Source of the DNA: Wenzhouxiangellaceae bacterium
GTDB taxonomy: Bacteria; Pseudomonadota; Gammaproteobacteria; Xanthomonadales; Wenzhouxiangellaceae
Length of the DNA stretch: 64,000 nucleotides
Assembly: GCA_041685925.1 (NCBI GenBank)
Contig: JAWLEW010000006.1
Location: 6,172-70,171 of the forward strand
Direction of reading: 5' to 3'
Of the stretch, positions 57,536 to 64,000 are shown piece by piece (position 1 is the first letter of the stretch; every line of letters begins with the position of its first letter). The notes below the pieces were generated by a model that saw only the letters and a program-made list of their open reading frames with translations, searched no databases and was not told where the DNA came from. Both the position numbers and the translations under genes were made by a program.

Positions 57536-58281
57536 TGGACCAGCATCCCGTAGGCCATCACGAAAATGATCGGCGTCAGCGATGCAAAAGCGATCAGTCC
57601 AAAGCCGTCGATCATCGGGTTTCGTCCATGGATGCTGCTCGCCAGGCCCACGCCCAGCGCTGTGACCAGGGGCACGGTAATCGTCGACGTCGTCACGCCG
57701 CCGGAATCGTAGGCGATGCCGATGATCTCGTCCGGTGCCATCGTCGTCATCAAGACGACGCCAAGATATCCGCCGATGATCAGGTACTGGATCGGCCAGC
57801 CCTTGAGAATGCGCAGCACGCCGACCACGATTGCAAAACCGACCGCCAGCGCGACAGTCAGGCGCAGACCATCGGCGTAGCGGCCAAGGGACGCTTCGTC
57901 GTCAGCGATCATTCCGGCTTCCGCGGCAACGATCGAGGCCTCTTTGGCGACCGCAATCAGCGCCGGTTCCGCAACCGTGGTCCCAAACCCCAGCGCAAAC
58001 GCGAATGCCAGCAACCAGAACAGGCTGCCCTTTTTGGCGAATGCATAGGCCATGGACTCGCCGATCGGGAACAGGCCCAGTTCCAGGCCCCGCACGAACA
58101 GCGTCAGGCCCAGGACTACAAACAACATGCCGACCAGGAGTTCGGCAAGATTCGGCAGCGGCTGGCGCAGCACCACCAGCTGGAAAAACGCGATCACCAG
58201 GACGATCGGCAGCAAGTCCCGAACGCTGTCCATCATCGGCGCGAGGATCTGCCTGAACATCAATGACTCACCGGCGCCCAT
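57532..58281 (-). CDS. DUF1538-family integral membrane protein (paralog A)
   Basis: 249-aa polytopic protein. ATGA overlap with paralog B. Confidence 0.7.
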   Translation of the reverse strand: MGAGESLMFRQILAPMMDSVRDLLPIVLVIAFFQLVVLRQPLPNLAELLVGMLFVVLGLTLFVRGLELGLFPIGESMAYAFAKKGSLFWLLAFAFALGFGTTVAEPALIAVAKEASIVAAEAGMIADDEASLGRYADGLRLTVALAVGFAIVVGVLRILKGWPIQYLIIGGYLGVVLMTTMAPDEIIGIAYDSGGVTTSTITVPLVTALGVGLASSIHGRNPMIDGFGLIAFASLTPIIFVMAYGMLVQ

Positions 58282-58783
58282 CCGCGCGGATCTGGAATCG
58301 GCGTACGCTCGAGACCGAAGCGATATCGGCTAACGGGCGAGCACGGGCACGCTGGCCCCGCCTTTTTGGAATTTCCAGTGTGTCGATACAGCCACCTGCA
58401 AAGCAGCAAAATCGCATCCCGACATCGAGTTCATCGCTGATTTTTGCACAAATCACCCGGGCCTGCTCACGGCAGTCGATGAGCCATTCGTCGCGTCGGT
58501 TCGCTCGTGGCCCGGACTTCGCTCCACCCCGCGCAAATGAGTTTCGGTCACAACCCCTTCGAGCGCACGGGCATCGGACTGGCCGCCGGACCTCGACCAG
58601 AAGAAGACAGGAAGAGTCACTGGAGACAAGGCAAGGACGGGCAGGATCTCGGTAGTGCGAATGCACCGGGTGAAAAAGCAGGCGCGGCGGTCACAGCGCC
58701 AGGCAGGACGGTGAATCGCGCGGCCGAGAACGCGAATGGCCAGCCGTGTAAACTTTGGATTCGTACCCCCAGGGAGTCCTCAA

Positions 58784-59635
58784 ATGCGATGGAAGCGTGC
58801 GCGCAGAAGCAGCAACGTCGAGGATCGCCGCGGGCGTCGTGTCGCGGCGGGCGGTGGTCTTGGACTGGTCGGAATCGCAATCGTCATGGTCATTGGCCTT
58901 TTGCTGGGCAAGGATCCGATCGAAATGCTCGGCCTCGTGAGCGATATGAGCGGCGCGGCGCCGGTCGGTGAGGCGCGCGGTCCGGCGCCCGACCCGGATG
59001 ACCCGGCAATCGCATTTGTCGAAAGCATTCTGGGCGAAACCGAAGATGTATGGACGGAACTGATCGGGCAGCGCTACCCGACGCCGAGGCTGGTCGTATT
59101 CAGCGATCGCGTTCAATCGGCCTGCGGGGGCGCCTCAAGCGCCATGGGGCCATTCTACTGCCCGGCCGATCAGCAGATTTATATCGACCTTTCGTTCTTT
59201 GCCGAAATGCGTCGCTCGCTGGGCGGCGGCGGGGACTTTGCCGAGGCCTACGTCATCGCGCATGAAGTCGGTCATCATGTGCAGACCGTAACCGGCATGT
59301 CGACTCCGGTCACCGTGGCCCGGCGCGCCGGCCGCAACGTCGAAGGCAGCGGCGGACTCCTGGTCCGCCAGGAATTGCAGGCCGACTGTCTTGCCGGCGT
59401 CTGGGCCCATCACGCCCAGAAGCGGCATGAATGGCTGGAACCAGGCGATATCGAGGAAGCGCTCTCAACCGCCACGGCCATCGGAGACGACACGCTGCAG
59501 CGGCGTTCTCGGGGGGAAGTGGTGCCGGACGCTTTTACCCACGGCAGCGCCGAACAACGTGTGCGCTGGTTTCGCAGGGGCTTCGAGCACGGTGCCACCG
59601 CACGTTGCGACACGTTCGGCGCCGCGGCGCTCTGA
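58784..59635 (+). CDS. ypfJ: YpfJ-family neutral zinc metallopeptidase
   Basis: Start MRWKRARRSSNVEDRRG, typical of the family, with an AGGGAG RBS. One TM helix. HExxH in AHEVGHHVQ. Confidence 0.85.
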   Translation: MRWKRARRSSNVEDRRGRRVAAGGGLGLVGIAIVMVIGLLLGKDPIEMLGLVSDMSGAAPVGEARGPAPDPDDPAIAFVESILGETEDVWTELIGQRYPTPRLVVFSDRVQSACGGASSAMGPFYCPADQQIYIDLSFFAEMRRSLGGGGDFAEAYVIAHEVGHHVQTVTGMSTPVTVARRAGRNVEGSGGLLVRQELQADCLAGVWAHHAQKRHEWLEPGDIEEALSTATAIGDDTLQRRSRGEVVPDAFTHGSAEQRVRWFRRGFEHGATARCDTFGAAAL

Positions 59636-59706
59636 TCCGGGCCTTCAAGCGTTCCCTTCGGACTGATGGCGGCCTTCGACCGCCGATCCCTGCGTGGAAC
59701 CCGCGG

Positions 59707-60777
59707 TCACCGGCGCTCGTACTCATCGCGCTTATCTGCCTGAATGGCTGCTTGTCCTGACCCGGTCGCGTGCTCGTTCTGGCCGCTCTTGAAGATGCTC
59801 AAGCCAAGATCGTCGGCAATCGCCGCCAGGGCGCGCATGCCTCTAACGCTGTTGCCCGCTGGAGAAAGCTTCGGCGAGTAAGCCGCAAGGGCCATGCGGC
59901 CGGGCACCACGGCAACGATGCCGCCGCCGACGCCACTTTTTGCCGGTAGCCCGACATCGTAGGCCCAGCGGCCGGATTCGTCGTAAAACCCTGCCATCAG
60001 CATTAGCGCGAGCACTTCATCGACGAATGCGGCCGCCATTGCGCGCTTGCCTGTCCGGGGATTCAGGCCGCCGTTGGCGAGGGTCGCACCCATGGTGGCC
60101 AGCTGGCGCGCGGTGACTGCCACGCTGCTTTGCCGGTTGTAGACATCGAGGGTCGACAAGGGATCCGCGCCCAGGCGCCCCTTCTCCTCCAGCAGGTTGA
60201 CCAACGCACGATTCCGGAAGTTGCTGCCGCCGACGGAGTCATACACGGGCTTGAGGATGTCGAGGCGATCCCCGGAGAAGGCGCGGTAGCGGTCGAGGAT
60301 CAGCGACCAGCGCGCATCGGAATCCTTCGCGTCGACCAGGCTGACGGTGGCGATGGCGCCGGCGTTGACCATGGGGTTCAGAGGGCCGCTGCCGGTTGCG
60401 AAGTCCTCATCCAGGGCGTTGAAGGGCTCCCCGGTAGGCTCCACACCGATCCGTTCCTGAACGAAGGTGCGGCCGTGCTGCTCGAGGACCAGCGCCAGGG
60501 TGAAGGGCTTGGCCGCGGACATGATCGCGAACGGGACGTCGGCGTCGCCCGCCGTGAACACTTCGCCGTCGACAGTCACCGCCGCCAGGCCGAAGCGGTT
60601 CGAATCAGCTTCCGCCAGCGCCGGGATATATTGCGCGTTCCGGCCCTCGTCGAGCCCGCGGTACTCGCGGTGCGCCCGCTCCAGCGCCGCCTGCAGATTG
60701 ATCTCGGCGCCCGCGGACGCGGCAAACCCGACCAGGATGGCGAGGCCAACGACGAGCGCGACCGCCCGGCCCTTCAT
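59707..60777 (-). CDS. glsA: Exported glutaminase (GlsA family)
   Basis: Signal peptide MKGRAVALVVGLAILVGFASAGA. YIPALA.., SxxK in IMSAAKPF, and SGVGGGI motif. Confidence 0.85.
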   Translation of the reverse strand: MKGRAVALVVGLAILVGFAASAGAEINLQAALERAHREYRGLDEGRNAQYIPALAEADSNRFGLAAVTVDGEVFTAGDADVPFAIMSAAKPFTLALVLEQHGRTFVQERIGVEPTGEPFNALDEDFATGSGPLNPMVNAGAIATVSLVDAKDSDARWSLILDRYRAFSGDRLDILKPVYDSVGGSNFRNRALVNLLEEKGRLGADPLSTLDVYNRQSSVAVTARQLATMGATLANGGLNPRTGKRAMAAAFVDEVLALMLMAGFYDESGRWAYDVGLPAKSGVGGGIVAVVPGRMALAAYSPKLSPAGNSVRGMRALAAIADDLGLSIFKSGQNEHATGSGQAAIQADKRDEYERR

Positions 60778-62510
60778 GGCAACGCCGGCGGTCTGCGCGA
60801 CTGGGTGGCCTGTTCGAACGCATAGGCCAGCGCCACCAGGCGCGGTTCGCTGCAGGCAGTGCCGGCAAACGTCACGCCGAAAGGCATCGGCTTGGCGTCG
60901 AAGTCTGCCGGCAGCGGCGGATCGGTCACGTTGGGAACCACCGAGAAGGGCACGCTCACGGCGGGATAGCCGGCCTTGTTGATGATGTTCTCGCCTCTCC
61001 ACGCGGGCATGAGCAAGGCATCCAGGTCATGGCCTTCAAGCGCGGCGTCGATGCCCTCCTCGCGCGACAGACGAAGGTCCTTTCGCCGGTCGGCTTCATA
61101 GCGTGCCCGGTCGGCTTCGACGTCCATCTCGTCGGAAATGTCCAGCTGCGCCTGGCCATAACGAATGGCCCCCTGTGCGCGATGGGCCAGGTTGAATCCG
61201 CGCAGCGCGGCCAGGGACGCCACCGGCGCCGAATTCCCGAGCGTGGCGAGCCAGCGATTGAAGTCGCGCTTCATCCCGTACTTCATGACGACCGAACACT
61301 TCGCGTCGCCGCCCTTGCCCTGGGGCAGGTCGTAGCAGTTGCCGAACAGTAACTGGTTATCCTCGGGATCGTCGCTCACCGTACTGGGTATCGGGGCCGG
61401 ATCGACGATGATCGCGCCCTGTGCCTCGAGGGCCGCAATTGCCTTGCGCATCACCTCGGCCTCCGCCGGCGCGAGTCCGCCCCGCGGATCCTCCTCGCCG
61501 GGCGGAATCACCGCGTCGTAATAGAAAGGGCGTGGAATTCCGATCCGTGCGCCGGCCAGGCTATCGTTGCGGAACAGTTCGTCCGGGCCCGCTTCCGCGA
61601 GGGGTCGGCATGCGCCGGTGGCATCGTCGTTCGGATCCACCCCCTCCATGGCCATGAGAAGGGCCGCGGCGTCGGCCACGTACTTCGCCATCGGGCCGGC
61701 AGTGTCCTGGTCGGCGGTGATCGGGATGATGCCATGCCGGCTGACGCGACCGACGGTGGGCTTGATGGCCGCAAGCATCGTGTTGTTGGCCGGAATCTGC
61801 AGCGACCCGGAGGTTTCCGTTCCCACGTTGGCGGCCCACAGGTTGGCCGCTGTACCGGTGCCGGAACTGGACCCGCCGGTATCCAGCACGCCGCGGCCGT
61901 CATCGCAGCACGATCGCGGATCCGGACGAGCATCGTAGGGATTCAGGCTGTGCCCATTGAGCGCGTTGTACCCATTGGGCATACCGGTGGCGACCCAGTT
62001 GGCAAGCTCGGTCAGCGTGGTCTTGGCGATGATGATCGCCCCTGCATCTTTCAGCCGCTGCACAAGTGTGGCGGCATACGGCGGCGTATAGTCCGCGAAG
62101 GCCAGGCTGCCGCCGGTCGTGGGCATGGCGGTCGTGTGGATATTGTCCTTCAGCGCGATGGGCACCCCGTGGAGCGGCCCGCGCACACGGCCTTCGGCAC
62201 GCTCGCGATCCAGTCGCTCTGCATCGCGCAGCGCTTCGGGGTTGACGGCTATGGCCGCGCCCAGTTTGTCGTCGTAGCGCTCGATGCGAGCGAGATATTC
62301 CTCTACCAGGGAGCGTGCCGTGATCTGTCCCGCATCCATGGCGGCCTGCAGCTCCGCAAAGCTCGCCTCGACGACTGTAAACGTGCTGGAGGCTGGATTC
62401 GCTTCATCGGCCGCGCCGGGGGCGGTTGCGCCTTCGTGGTCGCAAGCCGTCAACACGGCCATGACCAAACATGCTCCTGCCATGCGCAAAACTTCGAGCT
62501 TTCCCATCAT
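60774..62510 (-). CDS. Amidase-signature family amidase, probable lipoprotein
   Basis: Lipobox-like LVMAVLTAC|D. Catalytic Lys (IALKDNI) and GGSSSG signature. Its stop overlaps the glsA start (ATGA). ATG at 62510/62507 or at 62483. Confidence 0.85.
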   Translation of the reverse strand: MMGKLEVLRMAGACLVMAVLTACDHEGATAPGAADEANPASSTFTVVEASFAELQAAMDAGQITARSLVEEYLARIERYDDKLGAAIAVNPEALRDAERLDRERAEGRVRGPLHGVPIALKDNIHTTAMPTTGGSLAFADYTPPYAATLVQRLKDAGAIIIAKTTLTELANWVATGMPNGYNALNGHSLNPYDARPDPRSCCDDGRGVLDTGGSSSGTGTAANLWAANVGTETSGSLQIPANNTMLAAIKPTVGRVSRHGIIPITADQDTAGPMAKYVADAAALLMAMEGVDPNDDATGACRPLAEAGPDELFRNDSLAGARIGIPRPFYYDAVIPPGEEDPRGGLAPAEAEVMRKAIAALEAQGAIIVDPAPIPSTVSDDPEDNQLLFGNCYDLPQGKGGDAKCSVVMKYGMKRDFNRWLATLGNSAPVASLAALRGFNLAHRAQGAIRYGQAQLDISDEMDVEADRARYEADRRKDLRLSREEGIDAALEGHDLDALLMPAWRGENIINKAGYPAVSVPFSVVPNVTDPPLPADFDAKPMPFGVTFAGTACSEPRLVALAYAFEQATQSRRPPALP

Positions 62511-62718
62511 GCTGTTTCCTCGATTGCCTGCAATTCCGCGGCCAGAATGTACTCGACTTGCCCGCGATTCGCCCAAGCGTATCGGAATTCGGGCAGCACC
62601 CGGGCCAATGTCAGGCTCGCCAGGCAAAAGGAACACAATCTTTTACATTCGATAACAGTGGATTCGAAAAACTGGATCTTCCAGGACCTCCAGCGCCGGT
62701 CGCCTTTCCGCCGGACAC

Positions 62719-62748
62719 GAAAAAACCCGCTCAAGGCGGGCTTTTTCG
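62719..62748. terminator. Bidirectional Rho-independent terminator downstream of tRNA-Ser
   Basis: A6-CCCGC-tcaag-GCGGG-C-T5. A T-tract follows the hairpin on both strands. Begins 5 nt after the tRNA 3' end. Confidence 0.8.
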
Positions 62749-62752
62749 TATG

Positions 62753-62844
62753 TGGCGGAGAGGGGGGGATTCGAACCCCCGAAGGGGCGTAAACCCCTTA
62801 ACGGTTTTCGAGACCGCCGCATTCGACCACTCTGCCACCTCTCC
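62753..62844 (-). tRNA. tRNA-Ser (anticodon CGA), CCA encoded
   Basis: Reverse complement reads GGAGAGGTGGCAGAGTGGTCGAATGCGGCGGTCTCGAAAACCGTTAAGGGGTTTACGCCCCTTCGGGGGTTCGAATCCCCCCCTCTCCGCCA. 7-bp acceptor stem, anticodon loop CT-CGA-AA, long variable arm, GTTCGAATC T-loop. Confidence 0.95.
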
Positions 62845-62943
62845 TGAAACTGTCAAACCTCGAGTCCGGCCGTTCGGCGGTGCTCAGCCCGGCCCGATTC
62901 AAGCCGTCGAGTTTAACCGAAACGGCGATTTCTGTCGACGTAC

Positions 62944-64000
62944 TTACTCTCGCTCAGGCCCGTTCTCGCCGGCCAGATGGGTGTCAAGGAACTGGCGGAT
63001 CGCCCGATAGCCCTCGATCTCGTTGGCGCGGTTGCGAAAGCCGTGGCCTTCGTCGTCGAACAGCACGTATTCGACCGGCACGTCGTTGTCCTCGAGCGCC
63101 TGGACGATCTCGTCGGATTCGGCCTGCAGCACCCTGGGGTCGTTGGCGCCCTGCAGCACGATCATGGGCTTGGTGATGTTGTCGGCGTGGAACAGCGGCG
63201 AGATCCGGCGCAGGCGTTCGGCGTCTTCGGCCGGATCGCCCAGTTCGGCGAACAGTGCTTCGCGCTGCGGGCCCCACCACGACGGGATGCTTTCCAGGGT
63301 GCGCAGCCAGTTGGTGACGCCGAAGATATTGACCCCGACGTCGAACTCCTCGGGCTCGAAGGCCAGCGCCGCGGCCACCATGTAGCCGCCGTAGCTGCCG
63401 CCGAGGATGCCGATGCGCTCGCCGTCGACCCATTCGAGGCCGGCCAGCATCTGCTTGCCCTCGATCACGTCGCCCAGATCGCATTCGCCGTGGCAGCGGT
63501 CGTCGGCGGCATAGAAGGTCTTGCCGTAACCGGAACTGCCGCGGTTGTTGATGTCGAACAGCGCGTAGCCGTGATTGAGCAGGTACTGGTTGAGCGCCGA
63601 GTAGCCGATGCGGGCCTGGCCGCCGGGACCGCCGTGGACGCGCACCAGCGCCGGCACGGGCCGGTCGCTCGAGGCCTGGTGCGGACGATACAGGATGCCG
63701 GGAATCTCCAGGCCGTCATACGACTCGAACCGCACTACTTCGCCGTCGACCAGGTGCTCGGCGTCGATTTCCGGATTGAGCGACGAGGTCAGCGCGCGCG
63801 CCTTGGCATCGGGATCGTCCATGTCCGTCACGAACAGGTCGCTCGGCCTGCGGCTGCTGCTGACGTAGAACGCCATCTGCGAATCGTCGGCGGAGAACTC
63901 CACCGAGGTGACGTTGCCGTTGGGCATCTCGGGTATTTCGACTTCGCTGAAATCGGCGGCGTCGAGAATCTTGAGCCTGGTCCGCGAATCCTCGTTGATG
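62944..64000 (-). CDS. Prolyl oligopeptidase (S9) family serine peptidase, C-terminal part (N-terminus beyond window end)
   Basis: Catalytic Ser in GILGGSYGGYM, plus Asp and His (FDDEGHGF). The reading frame stays open from 63928 to the window edge and encodes propeller-like sequence. Confidence 0.9.
   Translation of the reverse strand, partial: INEDSRTRLKILDAADFSEVEIPEMPNGNVTSVEFSADDSQMAFYVSSSRRPSDLFVTDMDDPDAKARALTSSLNPEIDAEHLVDGEVVRFESYDGLEIPGILYRPHQASSDRPVPALVRVHGGPGGQARIGYSALNQYLLNHGYALFDINNRGSSGYGKTFYAADDRCHGECDLGDVIEGKQMLAGLEWVDGERIGILGGSYGGYMVAAALAFEPEEFDVGVNIFGVTNWLRTLESIPSWWGPQREALFAELGDPAEDAERLRRISPLFHADNITKPMIVLQGANDPRVLQAESDEIVQALEDNDVPVEYVLFDDEGHGFRNRANEIEGYRAIRQFLDTHLAGENGPERE

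Noticed and set aside
58268-58666. The 132-aa Cys-rich minus-strand ORF, considered as a small Fe-S or zinc protein gene upstream of the DUF1538 operon.
   Set aside because: Its third-position GC (about 55% in the stretch counted) is far below that of bona fide genes here. It has no RBS or clear start, and its Cys spacing does not fit the BFD, ferredoxin or zinc-ribbon patterns I know. It is kept only as part of the leader-region finding.
62753-62943. tRNA-Ser as a possible integration site of a genomic island.
   Set aside because: No integrase, direct repeat of the tRNA 3' end, or compositional break is visible within the about 1.2 kb available on the 5' side or the 2 kb on the 3' side. The neighbours are ordinary catabolic genes.

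Overview
High-GC (about 65-70% by eye) chromosomal segment with gammaproteobacterial gene content and synteny (gyrA next to an mtnA remnant, ppi-lpxH, phhAB, lexA, alaS). No transposases, integrases, CRISPR arrays or rRNA genes were seen. Everything here comes from reading the sequence and ORF track; no database search was run.

The first ~21 kb is a nickel/hydrogen island:
- hypF-hypE, with no hypC or hypD between them.
- A NikR-controlled nik(M)QO-type ECF nickel importer, with a perfect GTATGA-N16-TCATAC operator.
- A thioredoxin-fold/DsbD-like membrane fusion.
- hypA-hypB.
- A six-gene, translationally coupled Isp-type (group 1e-like) [NiFe] hydrogenase operon: protease, hupH-like, hynS, isp1, isp2, hynL.

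The rest is housekeeping plus peptide and amino-acid catabolism:
- Two exported amidohydrolases, an AstE/AspA-type deacylase, a POT peptide transporter, an amidase-glutaminase pair and an S9 peptidase.
- gyrA, alaS, lexA, lpxH, a cyclophilin, phhAB, a MoxR-DUF58-transglutaminase module and one tRNA-Ser(CGA).

Most worth a second look:
1. A lower-GC, tightly coupled operon of two DUF1538-type membrane paralogs plus a P-II-like and a CBS-pair protein. This is a candidate ligand-gated transporter of unknown substrate.
2. The three-cysteine-pair thioredoxin/DsbD-like fusion inside the nickel/hydrogenase island.
3. lpxH, which has no ATG/GTG/TTG start and sits in frame directly behind the cyclophilin TGA stop.
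4. A 5'-truncated mtnA remnant beside gyrA.
5. His-rich tails on NikO and NikR.
6. A small hairpin element flanked by 9-bp direct repeats after hynL, and a REP-like palindrome cluster.

Many very long antisense ORFs are treated as high-GC shadow ORFs and rejected.
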